Shown here piece after piece: positions 37,837 to 47,525 of a DNA stretch of 60,576 nt. The translations under genes and the position numbers were made by a program. Each line of letters begins with the position of its first letter. Within the stretch, counting starts at the first letter, position 1. The stretch spans positions 1-60,576 of the forward strand of contig JAJYNW010000016.1 of the NCBI GenBank assembly GCA_021786105.1, written 5' to 3'. Below the pieces are notes generated by a model, which saw only the letters and a list, made by a program, of their open reading frames with translations, ran no database searches and was not told the DNA's origin. Source of the stretch: a bacterium. Lineage in GTDB: Bacteria > Patescibacteriota > Microgenomatia > Daviesbacterales > UBA10151.

Positions 37837-40095
37837 TTAGGCAACTGCCGTATTTATACTTCCGGTAGATGCATGAATATAATTTGTCTTTTCACAACCA
37901 GTAGCTTTAATCGCTAACAATTGTCCGTGATTGCTTTCTGTCATCGAAAAATAAGGGGTAATTCTGATTCTTGCAGCCATTTCTGTTAACGAAGATTCGT
38001 AGCCTTCATCGAACATCCTATGTTCTTCTGCCTTCCTAAATTCCTGGATTATGTATAATGAGGACGAGTCCTCTGTTGCATTATGCAAGAGTTCTTGTGT
38101 TTTGGCAACAGATTTCTCCTGGAGAAAATTTACTCCTTCTGCCCAAGAGCTACCATTTCCAAAACCTGATTTTTTCAGGACAAAATTACGCTTCGATTTA
38201 GAGAGCGAAGCCAATCCTTCCGTTAACTCAATTCCATCCGGTAGACCAAGCGAGAAAAACCGCTCTTGTCCTATAATCCAAGTCGGAGGGATAACTTTCC
38301 TCAAGTGTTTAACCGAAGAAGCCCCTAATTGCGCAGCAAAAAATGCTTCCCATCTTTTATCCCAGATTAGGGCTAGTAGCGCTTTCTCTTCCATGTGAGG
38401 CGTGAATGACGGAATAACTTCTGGAGTTTGCCTCCCGGCATAGAGTTGTATGATATTATTAACAGCTGGATCGTCCAAACATTCGTGCTGGTAAAATGCT
38501 CTGTATAGCGCTAGAGAAGTTGTATCCAAAACAGAGCCAGCTTGCTCAACACACCATTTTCTGTCATTACCGGAAAGCACTTTATCTGCCAGGAATTGTA
38601 GTTGTCCGGCATAAGAAGCAGTATGTTGACTATAAACTATGCTTCCTCTATTTGGAGTATGTCCTCTCATAAATTTTGTCAACATATCGTCCGATACTAA
38701 AGTTTCAAAACCGGCAAATCTATATGCCCTATTTAATAATTCTGCCAAAGCTAATCCAAAGGGAGATGTCTCGATCTCGCACACAGAGAATCCTCCTTGA
38801 GTAATGATTACATCCGGCCTGACAAAAAGGTAATGCGTCAATCTTCCTGTCTTAAGCAAATCAGGTTTTCCTCTATCAAGTAATTCTTTTAAATCGCCAT
38901 CTGTTCGGTATAACTCGTCTGCTGCATCTATAAATTCCACAATATCCCTGCCTATTCTTAATATTTCTTGTGTCTCTTGGGGGGATAGATTTAAGGGAGA
39001 AGGAGATACCCGGAAAGGAATTTTTTGTTCTGTATGATATTCTTCTCTCCGTATCTTATACCAGTCGTAACCATCTCCGAAGACTTCTAATACCATCCTC
39101 ATGCTCCTTTCTGTTTTAGGTTGACGACTTGGCCTTTCAGATAAAACGCCTTTTTTTAAAACAAAAAGATTATTCTTATTTTGCGTAATTAACATTGTCA
39201 ATTCTGGGAAACGCACAGCAGAGTCTTCCAGTTTCCCGGCTTCTCTTAAAACCTCTGCAACCTGTTGGTTGTGAGTCACCACTATCGCTAATTTATTACC
39301 GTTTTTTCTGTCGGCGTATTCAACGAAACTGCTAATTGTATTGATGATTACTTCTGACTGGCTCATGCCGCTCTTTGGTATTTTGCATAATTTGTCTACC
39401 AGTTGGGGATTCCATGGCATTACACCTGAAGGTAGATCAGCCAATAAGTCTTCTTCAGTCACAGGAGGCTGGTCGACTTCATCTTTATATGTGATACAGT
39501 TTAACCCTTCAAGGGTAGATATGACAGAACCAGAAATGACTGTAGAAATTATATATGCTACCTCCTTCGCCCTTACGTTCTCGGAAGAAAAAATACGGGT
39601 TCTTCTACCTGTCAAAACTTGGGTATGCAGCAAAGCTAAAGCTGTAACAAATACATCAACCAAACCGTTATTTGTCAGTAAATCCTGTTTGTTAAAAGGG
39701 TCCCGCATCATCCGTATTTTCCGTAAACCAGGATCAGCTAAGGAGAATATCCATTCAGGAGGGCTTTGTTCGCCGTGCCGCATAAAAATAACTCTGTTTC
39801 CTTTACCTGAAATGATGTCGGTTAATTGTACCAACTTCTCCTCGTTGATAGAACTAAAACTGCTTCCCTCGTTTCCAACTCCAATTGCTTTGCTAATCGT
39901 ACTCGAGAGTTCCTCTGCCAGTAAAACAACTTGCATTGGTTTCATTGTACCTATTTCGCTAAGCTGTTGGGTGTGATTCAAACTAAACTCTGTCCAACCC
40001 CTAAAGGCCCTAGGTAGGCGGGGATCGGTAAGATCGGCTTGAGGAGGCAAATCAATAATAGAACTTGATACAGACGTACCTTGTTCTTTGCCCAT
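37837..40095 (-). CDS. Histidine phosphatase domain fused to an ATP-grasp-like (circularly permuted/GSP synthetase-like) ligase domain
   Basis: N-half FMRHGEQ, SS..VRAKE, VTHNQ; C-half VRPDV, VCEIETSP, FVLKKSG, YIIQEF. Confidence 0.7.
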   Translation of the reverse strand: MGKEQGTSVSSSIIDLPPQADLTDPRLPRAFRGWTEFSLNHTQQLSEIGTMKPMQVVLLAEELSSTISKAIGVGNEGSSFSSINEEKLVQLTDIISGKGNRVIFMRHGEQSPPEWIFSLADPGLRKIRMMRDPFNKQDLLTNNGLVDVFVTALALLHTQVLTGRRTRIFSSENVRAKEVAYIISTVISGSVISTLEGLNCITYKDEVDQPPVTEEDLLADLPSGVMPWNPQLVDKLCKIPKSGMSQSEVIINTISSFVEYADRKNGNKLAIVVTHNQQVAEVLREAGKLEDSAVRFPELTMLITQNKNNLFVLKKGVLSERPSRQPKTERSMRMVLEVFGDGYDWYKIRREEYHTEQKIPFRVSPSPLNLSPQETQEILRIGRDIVEFIDAADELYRTDGDLKELLDRGKPDLLKTGRLTHYLFVRPDVIITQGGFSVCEIETSPFGLALAELLNRAYRFAGFETLVSDDMLTKFMRGHTPNRGSIVYSQHTASYAGQLQFLADKVLSGNDRKWCVEQAGSVLDTTSLALYRAFYQHECLDDPAVNNIIQLYAGRQTPEVIPSFTPHMEEKALLALIWDKRWEAFFAAQLGASSVKHLRKVIPPTWIIGQERFFSLGLPDGIELTEGLASLSKSKRNFVLKKSGFGNGSSWAEGVNFLQEKSVAKTQELLHNATEDSSSLYIIQEFRKAEEHRMFDEGYESSLTEMAARIRITPYFSMTESNHGQLLAIKATGCEKTNYIHASTGSINTAVA

Positions 40096-40169
40096 TTTAG
40101 GGAAAAAAATAATCTAACACTTATGTCAAATGTTGTCAACTATTCGGTTTTTGTGGTAGGCTATGGGGG

Positions 40170-41060
40170 ATGTTTCCGGTATTATTTTCTATTGGCAGCT
40201 TATCCGTTTCCTCGTTTGGGATCTTTTTGGCGTTGGGTTTTTTGTTGGGTTTGTTTTTAATTTGGAGATTGACCCGAGCCTGGGATTTGGATGAGGAAAA
40301 AGTCTTGGATTTGATATTGATAATTTTTGTCGGCGGGATGATTTTTGCCCGGGTCTTTTTTGCCTTAGAAAACTTGCCATATTTTACCTCTTCACCTTTA
40401 AACTTAATCAAGTTTAGCAAAGTTCCTGGTTTTTCTTTCTGGGGCGGTTTTTTGGGGGGATGGTTAACCCTTTATATTTTTGCCAAACGTAAGCGGTTTG
40501 ATTTTTGGCAACTGGCTGACATTGCTTTCGTGGGGCTTTTGGGTGGGTTAATTTTAGCCCAGGTGGGGTGTTTTTTGGGCGGATGCAATGTTGGTGCCCC
40601 GTCGAAGTTTTTCTTTGCGGTAAATATGGCGGGGTTTGTGGGGAAAAGGTGGCCGGTTCAGGTCATCGAGGTAATATTTTTGAGTATAAGCTTATTAAAA
40701 ATTTGGTCTCAGGCTACCCATTTTCACCAAAGAGGAAAAATAGCCGGAATGGGGTTAATTTTGGTGGGTGTAATCAAATTAGTGCTCGAGCCTCTAAAAC
40801 AAAACCACTCAGAAGTGATTTTTCCGCTGCTTTTTGTTCTTTTGGGAGTAGTTATTCTTTATAAAGTTACCAGAAAAAGCCCCATTGTTCAGTTAAAGGG
40901 TTTGATGACATTCCTCGGTGACTTTTTTACTGATGCAAAAGCCAGAAAGAAAGTGGTACAAAATCTTGGTAAATGCTGGTATAATCAGAAGACGAGTTTT
41001 GGTTGGAAGCTTAGAAACCTGAAGAAATTATTAAGGAGAAGTAATGTTAAATTTTCCTAA
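40170..41060 (+). CDS. lgt: Prolipoprotein diacylglyceryl transferase family protein, divergent motifs
   Basis: MFPVLFSIG, IFARVFF, FSFWGG, AQVGCFLGG, RWPVQVIE. Confidence 0.8.
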   Translation: MFPVLFSIGSLSVSSFGIFLALGFLLGLFLIWRLTRAWDLDEEKVLDLILIIFVGGMIFARVFFALENLPYFTSSPLNLIKFSKVPGFSFWGGFLGGWLTLYIFAKRKRFDFWQLADIAFVGLLGGLILAQVGCFLGGCNVGAPSKFFFAVNMAGFVGKRWPVQVIEVIFLSISLLKIWSQATHFHQRGKIAGMGLILVGVIKLVLEPLKQNHSEVIFPLLFVLLGVVILYKVTRKSPIVQLKGLMTFLGDFFTDAKARKKVVQNLGKCWYNQKTSFGWKLRNLKKLLRRSNVKFS

Positions 41061-41406
41061 AAAAACCCTGAAATTCATTCAAAGGTATCTTTTAAGACAA
41101 CAAAAAGAGATTGATGAAAACCTGAAAAAGGTGAGTGAGGATGATCCGGCCCGAAGCCCGGCTTTGGCAGAGTCTTCTGAGCCCGGTACCGATTCTTACA
41201 TTGCTGATACTCACGCTAAAACTTTGGTTTTGGAACAGCAACTAAAAAATACCAAAACCAGCATTATGACCGCCTTGGCCAAAATTAAAAAAGGTACCTA
41301 CGGGAAGTGCGAAAAATGTGACAAGCAAATTGAGGTAGGAAGACTCATGATCATGCCAACCGCCCAATACTGTATTGCTGATTCCCAAAAAGCTGTAAAA
41401 AAATAA
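41044..41406 (+). CDS. TraR/DksA family zinc-finger protein
   Basis: Coiled coil then ALAKIKKGTYGKCEKCDKQIEVGRL..MPTAQYC. Confidence 0.9.
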   Translation: MLNFPKKTLKFIQRYLLRQQKEIDENLKKVSEDDPARSPALAESSEPGTDSYIADTHAKTLVLEQQLKNTKTSIMTALAKIKKGTYGKCEKCDKQIEVGRLMIMPTAQYCIADSQKAVKK

Positions 41407-41453
41407 AGTTAGCTTCAAACTATATCCCTTAGTAATTTTAACACTTGATAATT

Positions 41454-41507
41454 TTGACTTCTTGCGCATATTATGGTACTATAGGATTACACTTAGAAAG
41501 TGTAATC
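41454..41507 (+). promoter_or_regulatory. sigma70-type promoter followed by a perfect 9-bp inverted repeat
   Basis: TTGACT-N17-TACTAT (41454-41482); gattacact-tagaa-agtgtaatc (41485-41507). Confidence 0.6.
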
Positions 41508-41558
41508 TGCAAGGATTTTATTTCTAAGGACAACAATAATACCGAGCAGGGTATTCAT

Positions 41559-43292
41559 ATGTCAACAAGGCCAGAAATCCATTTTCAAAATGGATTGGGT
41601 CAGAACTTAATAGACTTTTCAGCATTGCCTGGTTACAGTGCCGGGATTCCTCCTTTTTCTCAGTACGCAGCTGTTAGTGCTGAAGCTTTAGCTGATATAG
41701 TAGATTCTTCCAATTCATGCCGCAACCAGGATCTCTGGATGCTTACTAGGCAGCTAAGAGAAGGGATTTATGTTCCTGAGCTTGCTGAAGCTTATGCCGT
41801 TGATTTGACTTCATTAACAACTCCAAGAAGACCGCTGTCGATCCATCACCGTTTACGTAATGCTGTCGGTTCAGCTGTAAAGGGAATAGCAGCTGCTGTT
41901 TTGTTGTTTGCCGCTACTGAAGGTTTGATCGGACAGTTAGATAATGGGAAGGTAGTGGCTCAAACTGATCCCTGTGCCGGTTATACCAAAATTGCCAATG
42001 ATATGTATGGACCGGAAGAAAGTTTGGCTTGTTTGGAATCCCGTTATCCAATAGAAATTGGGGCGGTAGATTATAGTCGAGACGCAGATGGAAATGTCAC
42101 TAAAGAGAAAATGGTGGTGGCTGCTGACCAGGGTTTAAGCCAGCCTCATGATTACTACGAAAGCACGAAGGACCCGGTCAGTGGTAATTTTTCCAAAGGC
42201 TTTCAGTTTCGCTATCAGATACCAATGAATAATGTGACTGCCATGGCCAGTTCTTCTTCTGATAGTTTCCAGCTATTTGGAGGAAGCGCTGAAGGTGTTG
42301 CTTTTTTAACTCTAACTGGTACTTTTGATCAGGGCAAAACTTTCCAAAATACTAATTCTCCGTTCCCCGGTGTGAATGCTGAGGGGATAGCAGATTTAGT
42401 TAGGTTAACTGACAGCAAATATTTGGGTAATGCCATTTCATCGGATGGTACCAGAATTTACGGAGGATTATTTACTTTATCTGTTAATCCGGATAATAAA
42501 CAAATTTCCTCCCCGCAACTTGTCTCTCCAGATTTAGGGAAAGTGAACAATCTACTTGTTACTTCGGTTTACACACCTACCCACACCGCAGACTTTATTG
42601 CCGCCGGTTCGTACAATTATCAGAATGGTTTACTGGTGGGTAGTTTGGATTATGAAAATAATACAGTAACTTTTGAACATATCACCACAGCTACCTTCAA
42701 TGGTACTTCGTATTATCTTGGCCAGCTTTCTGAAGCTAAGCTATATAAAGATACCCAAAATCGCCGACATGTCAAAACCAGTGGTTTTATGGATCAAATT
42801 CTTTATGACATTAATATTGATACTCCTGCAAAAGAAGCAACTTGGTTAAATTATGCCAATCTTTGCGATAATAAATTGCCTGACTACATCAACGGATCTT
42901 TGCGAATAGGACCTATTGATGTTTATACAGATGCCCAGGGGAATTTGCATACTTGGTTAGGTGGAGGGGGTAATAAAATTGGATGGAACGGGGTCAGTTA
43001 CGCCGTGATAGTAGAATTGGAAAGCGATAGTTGTGCTGTTTTAACTCCTGATGTTCCTTCGGGTGTATTAAATATACAAAGAGAAAAATTTAATGGGCAG
43101 ATGGTAGAGGAGGCAATTATAGAGAGGACAGGTAAAGCTTCCAAATTGGGTGCAGATCCAGTTATATTTACCACCCGGGGATTAGGTATTAAACCTGTTG
43201 TACCTACTCCGACGCCAACTGTCACTCCTAAACCAACTTTAACCCCGGTAATGAGACCGAGGGTTTACCTGCCAATAGTGACTAAACCTTAA
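41559..43292 (+). CDS. Large beta-rich surface protein with Pro/Thr linker and C-terminal YLPIV motif
   Basis: TM AVKGIAAAVLLFAA, PTPTPTVTPKPT linker, ends RVYLPIVTKP; ATG at 41559 preferred. Confidence 0.65.
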   Translation: MSTRPEIHFQNGLGQNLIDFSALPGYSAGIPPFSQYAAVSAEALADIVDSSNSCRNQDLWMLTRQLREGIYVPELAEAYAVDLTSLTTPRRPLSIHHRLRNAVGSAVKGIAAAVLLFAATEGLIGQLDNGKVVAQTDPCAGYTKIANDMYGPEESLACLESRYPIEIGAVDYSRDADGNVTKEKMVVAADQGLSQPHDYYESTKDPVSGNFSKGFQFRYQIPMNNVTAMASSSSDSFQLFGGSAEGVAFLTLTGTFDQGKTFQNTNSPFPGVNAEGIADLVRLTDSKYLGNAISSDGTRIYGGLFTLSVNPDNKQISSPQLVSPDLGKVNNLLVTSVYTPTHTADFIAAGSYNYQNGLLVGSLDYENNTVTFEHITTATFNGTSYYLGQLSEAKLYKDTQNRRHVKTSGFMDQILYDINIDTPAKEATWLNYANLCDNKLPDYINGSLRIGPIDVYTDAQGNLHTWLGGGGNKIGWNGVSYAVIVELESDSCAVLTPDVPSGVLNIQREKFNGQMVEEAIIERTGKASKLGADPVIFTTRGLGIKPVVPTPTPTVTPKPTLTPVMRPRVYLPIVTKP

Positions 43293-44992
43293 GGGGTAAT
43301 TGGGGTCATGGCAGTACTGGTTTCAATACCACCCACATCAGCCCGTAAATAGCTGTAAGTTCCCCATCTTCTGGAGGCTAATTTACTAAATAACCTAACT
43401 GTGAATTGAGTATCTCCTGGTGGTGCTGAAGTTGCTCCTTTGTTTACAAAAATAGCATTATCTGTTGTATTGGTGCTAGTGGTCGGAATTGTTCCGGTGT
43501 AACCGCCTGATAATATTGGTCCAGACCAAATACCATTAAAGTAGGCGTAATAGTTCCCGGCACAGAAGTTATAAGTGGCACAGCCGGATTGGCCGACTCC
43601 AGTACCAGCAACTGGTCCAGCTGTATGCGTGGTATTTTTGTTGGCATAAATTAAGACAGCGCCATTATTGGCATCAGCACTATTTTTAAGGTCTTGCAGC
43701 TTGTTGGAGCCAAAGGTAACCGAGGTTTGAGTCAGGGCCATGCCGACTAAAGACACATTGACTCCTGTACTGTCGCCAGTAACATGGGGGGTGATATTTA
43801 AGGAGTTGTAATAGTTTCTTCCGGAATTAGCAGGCATGGGGTCATCTGCCCTTAAACCGCTGACGCCGTAAGTGGCTGTCGGTACTCCTACCGCACCTTC
43901 GGTAGTATTAGGACCAATCATTAAACTGGTGACTTGAGGCTGAGGAACCGGGACAATGTATCTGACGTCATAAGTTCCGGAGGGAAGAAATCTGTCAAAC
44001 CTGGCATCCCAAGTAGGCGGGTTCCAGTATCTGGCATAGGTGATTAAAGAATTAGGCGGGGAGCCGTATGGCTGGTAGGCTATCTCAGTATCGTTTATAA
44101 TGCTGCCCGTGTCTGATTCCAGTCCGACATAAGCGGCGGTATTAGAATAGCCGCCCGGCCCAATGGTGATTGTCCGGGTGTGAGTACCGGTAGTAGCAGT
44201 GTCTTCAGTCCAGACCAGAGGGCTGGGCGGCCAAATTGTATAAAAGAATCTGACAGGGACGATTGTTACCACATTGCCATTACTGTCAACCGGTATGGCA
44301 TTAATTGTCCAGGTGGGATTAGGAAGTACGGTAGGTACAGGTGTAGGTGGGGGTGGTGTAGGTGTTGGGGTTGGGGTAGGCGGAGGCGGACTGATCATAA
44401 TGACGCTCATATCATCAAAATAAAGATCATTGGGATCAGTTGATCCGGTTTGAGAATTAGTCCAGGCATCCAGCCAGAGAGTCATAGTTGCATCAGTTGC
44501 CACCACGTCGAATTGAATGTAATACCAGGTTTGTGAATTGGGAGCTTGAGAGTAGTAAAGCAATTGGTCTGTTTTTGCTCCTGTCCCAAATTGCCAGCTT
44601 ATGGCCGGGCCGCTTCGGTCGCTCCACCGTTTATCCCGGCCGAAAATCCGGTAGGTGGCGCCGGGGGTGACAGCAAAGGTTTGATAGATGGCGCTGTCGC
44701 CGGAAAAGTAGGCACCGCTGTGCTTGGCGCTGCAGCAGGAATTAATATAAGTGGCAGTCTCCCTTTTCCAGCCTGGGGCCGCTCCGGGATTAGGCGACCA
44801 GCCTGAGGGCATATTATTTTGGGTGGTGTCATAGTTAGGATCATTAACCCAACCTTGATCCATATTTCCGTTATGAAGGTAACCTAAGTCGCTCCAAGCC
44901 AGAGCCGGTTCGATGGTGGTAAAAGCCACCAGAATGGAGAATAAAGGTAGTATTAGCAAGTGAAGCAAGTATTTTGAAACTTTTTTTTGCAT
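43289..44992 (-). CDS. Secreted protein with CBM/galactose-binding-like N-domain and Pro/Thr linker
   Basis: Signal peptide (..EPALA), NGNMD..PSGWS, YQTFAVTPGATYRI, LYFDDMSV, PPPPTPTPT. Confidence 0.7.
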   Translation of the reverse strand: MQKKVSKYLLHLLILPLFSILVAFTTIEPALAWSDLGYLHNGNMDQGWVNDPNYDTTQNNMPSGWSPNPGAAPGWKRETATYINSCCSAKHSGAYFSGDSAIYQTFAVTPGATYRIFGRDKRWSDRSGPAISWQFGTGAKTDQLLYYSQAPNSQTWYYIQFDVVATDATMTLWLDAWTNSQTGSTDPNDLYFDDMSVIMISPPPPTPTPTPTPPPPTPVPTVLPNPTWTINAIPVDSNGNVVTIVPVRFFYTIWPPSPLVWTEDTATTGTHTRTITIGPGGYSNTAAYVGLESDTGSIINDTEIAYQPYGSPPNSLITYARYWNPPTWDARFDRFLPSGTYDVRYIVPVPQPQVTSLMIGPNTTEGAVGVPTATYGVSGLRADDPMPANSGRNYYNSLNITPHVTGDSTGVNVSLVGMALTQTSVTFGSNKLQDLKNSADANNGAVLIYANKNTTHTAGPVAGTGVGQSGCATYNFCAGNYYAYFNGIWSGPILSGGYTGTIPTTSTNTTDNAIFVNKGATSAPPGDTQFTVRLFSKLASRRWGTYSYLRADVGGIETSTAMTPITP

Positions 44993-44996
44993 AGTT

Positions 44997-45482
44997 TTAC
45001 CTCATTATTTCTATTTCCTGCTTGATAATTTTACCGCCGCTTTCCCGAATTAGGACTAGTACAGTATCTCCAACCTTCAAATCTGAGGCGCTAGCTTTAA
45101 CAGGTACTGTTGTGATGGAGCTGATGGTGGCTGTTTTGGGGAGATTGGGTTTAGTAGGGAGGATCTTGATTTCTGAGGGGAGGGAAAGATTGATTGTTTG
45201 TGTTTGATTGGCAGTAGCTTTGACAGTTATGGAGTTTTTATCAATTGCGGTGATGACACCGTTAAAAAAATTAGTAGTAGGTTGTTGAACCTCAGTAGGA
45301 GTTTTGGCAGGCTTGGAGGAGGGGGATGTTAGGTTTTGCCAACGGTAAATTGCTGCTCCAGCCACAATTAAGATGGCAATAATCAGTAAAACTGGAAGGA
45401 GAAAAGGTTTGGATTCAGGCGGGAGACCCGCAGAATTTTGTTTGGGGCTTAAATTCGAGTCTGCCTTTTTATAATTGAACAT
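44997..45482 (-). CDS. Single-TM protein with OB-like (DUF5666-like) domain
   Basis: TM segment then FNGVITAIDKNSITV...DLKVGDTVLV. Confidence 0.6.
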   Translation of the reverse strand: MFNYKKADSNLSPKQNSAGLPPESKPFLLPVLLIIAILIVAGAAIYRWQNLTSPSSKPAKTPTEVQQPTTNFFNGVITAIDKNSITVKATANQTQTINLSLPSEIKILPTKPNLPKTATISSITTVPVKASASDLKVGDTVLVLIRESGGKIIKQEIEIMR

Positions 45483-45553
45483 AGTGAAATTACAGTCTAC
45501 GTCTATGGTAAGCTAAATGATTGAGTCTTTTCAAGTGCTGAGGGAAAAAAAAT

Positions 45554-45700
45554 TTAAAGATCGTACTTGGATAGTTCAACAAATAACTTTTTTCTTTGTT
45601 TTTCAGAAAGAGCCAGGATAAAGTGAAGGAGGAATTTCAGTTCTCCGTCAGGGACTATTGGGTTAGTATGCTGGTTTGAGCTATTCTTGGGTTGATTCAT
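45554..45700 (-). CDS. 48-aa small ORF divergent from the Xre regulator (absent from ORF track)
   Basis: MNQPKNSSNQHTNPIVPDGELKFLLHFILALSEKQRKKLFVELSKYDL*; own TTGACA-N17-TAAATT promoter. Confidence 0.5.
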   Translation of the reverse strand: MNQPKNSSNQHTNPIVPDGELKFLLHFILALSEKQRKKLFVELSKYDL

Positions 45701-45716
45701 CTTCGAGTGTAAATAA

Positions 45717-45778
45717 AATTTAACACACAATTAAACTCCTGTCAAATATTTGATAACTAATTATTGACAGACTATAAT
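45717..45778. promoter_or_regulatory. Back-to-back sigma70 promoters with inverted repeat
   Basis: Minus strand TTGACA(45740-45745)-N17-TAAATT; plus strand TTGATA(45750-45755)-N17-TATAAT; ctgtcaa...ttgacag inverted repeat. Confidence 0.7.
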
Positions 45779-45791
45779 AAACCTTAGAAAT

Positions 45792-46565
45792 ATGCTTACT
45801 GCAACTTTGGGGGGATTAATTAAAGATTACAGACTTAAGAAGAGGCTTTCACAGCTGGAAGTTTCTTTAAAAATTGGCTGGAAAGATACGAGCCGGCTCT
45901 CCAAAATTGAACAGGGAAGAGTAGGAAAACCTACCCGGGAAACAATTGAAAAGATTATTCAAGCTTTGGATTTGGATGATCAGGAAAAAGGGGAATTTTT
46001 ATTGGTTGGGGGCTATTTGCCTACAGATGAGGAAATAGAAAAAGTTATTAAGGAAGTAGAAGAAAGAATAGATACCTGGCAATATCCAGCTTATTTAATA
46101 GATTTTTCCTGGAGATGTTTTTTGATGAACAAAGAAACAGCTAAAGTTTTTGGTTTCCCACAGGAATTAGTAAGTCAAGCGTCTAGGATAAAACCTAATC
46201 TTTTGGAATTTGTTATAGCTCCTAGAGAACTAATGCCTGCAAAGATTTGGAAAGGTGATGATGAAGAAAACTTAAAACCATTTGGAATTGCTCAAGTAGC
46301 GCAATTTAAGGTTGAACAATTAGGCAGAGAATCTGATGGTTGGTATAAAAAATTAATCGCTAAATTAATCGAGAATAATCAGTTCAGGAAACTTTGGATG
46401 GAGGTTAAACCTGGATTTTATCATAAAAAACTTTTAGATTATGAGTATAAAGTTGTTAAATTATCAGGGAAACAACTGAAAACCTTTAAATTCCATATTT
46501 TTACCTCCCGCTTAATTTCTGATCAAAGATTCCAAATAGTTTTATATTTACCTGTTCACGAGTAA
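45792..46565 (+). CDS. Xre HTH regulator with MmyB-like ligand-binding domain
   Basis: RLKKRLSQLEVS...LSKIEQGRV; YPAYLIDFSWRCFLMN, NLLEF, QFRKLW. Confidence 0.85.
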   Translation: MLTATLGGLIKDYRLKKRLSQLEVSLKIGWKDTSRLSKIEQGRVGKPTRETIEKIIQALDLDDQEKGEFLLVGGYLPTDEEIEKVIKEVEERIDTWQYPAYLIDFSWRCFLMNKETAKVFGFPQELVSQASRIKPNLLEFVIAPRELMPAKIWKGDDEENLKPFGIAQVAQFKVEQLGRESDGWYKKLIAKLIENNQFRKLWMEVKPGFYHKKLLDYEYKVVKLSGKQLKTFKFHIFTSRLISDQRFQIVLYLPVHE

Positions 46566-46703
46566 TAAGGGATAAATTAGAGAACATCTTAGATACTTAG
46601 TTTACTAACAGTTTGGCTGAAGAGGAATAAAAAAGAATTTTCCAGCGCTGAAGATTTACAAGGGAGGATGAAAGAATAAAAGCTGTGTCAGTGGTTATTT
46701 ATT

Positions 46704-46922
46704 TTATTCTTTGCGTCCTTTGCCCCAAGGAATTTTATTCCAAGCTCTTTCATGGATATAGTATAAGATTGTTCCTAAAATTATGGACATTGTAGCGATT
46801 GAAATAGTGAGATCAAGTTTTCTTGTATATAAAAAAACTACTGTTGAACTGGAAAATAATTTTAGAAACTCATAGGTTAATGTCTTTATCAATGAACGCT
46901 TGTTATGTTCATAAAACTTCAT
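46704..46922 (-). CDS. DUF2061 small membrane protein
   Basis: RSLIKTLTY...LYYIHERAWNKIPWG. Confidence 0.85.
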   Translation of the reverse strand: MKFYEHNKRSLIKTLTYEFLKLFSSSTVVFLYTRKLDLTISIATMSIILGTILYYIHERAWNKIPWGKGRKE

Positions 46923-47061
46923 TAAGTTAATCTTATGATAAAAGATAGATAGAAGTAAAGGTGGAAGCCTTAAAGATATTGAGAAGCAATTTTATTTTAA
47001 TCATTGACAAAGTTTCCATTTTTTTAGATAGTGTTAAGTAGGAGACAAAATAATATTAATT

Positions 47062-47460
47062 ATGGATTGGTCAAAAATAGAAAAAGCTATTAAGGCGGCA
47101 GAAGCTAAAGCAAAAGAATTAGGAACATTAGTCTCGATAGCAATAGTTGATGATCATGGTTATTTAATTGGTTTTAGTCGAATGGAAGGAGCTTTACCGA
47201 TAAGCAGTAAATTCTCAGTAGCGAAAGCATATACTGCAGGTACTATTGGTATGCCTACCGAGGATATTTCTGTTTATGCTGTTGAAGGGAAGCCTTTTTT
47301 TGGTATTAATACTATGTTAGGTGGAGAGTTTACTATTTTAGGAGGAGGATTACCTGTTAAATCCAATAATAGAATTGTAGGCGGTATTGGAGTAGGAGGT
47401 TCCTACGAAGTTAAGCAAGATATCGCGTGCGCGAAAGCAGCTTTAGCCGAATTTGAATAG
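47062..47460 (+). CDS. GlcG/HbpS family heme-binding protein
   Basis: VSIAIVDDHG, RMEGA, KAYTA, GGGLPV, GGIGVGG, QDIACA. Confidence 0.92.
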   Translation: MDWSKIEKAIKAAEAKAKELGTLVSIAIVDDHGYLIGFSRMEGALPISSKFSVAKAYTAGTIGMPTEDISVYAVEGKPFFGINTMLGGEFTILGGGLPVKSNNRIVGGIGVGGSYEVKQDIACAKAALAEFE

Positions 47461-47525
47461 ATGTTAATAACACTGCCAGAGAATTAGTACTTGATTTCCA
47501 ACCTATAGTGTGCTAGTATATTTTC

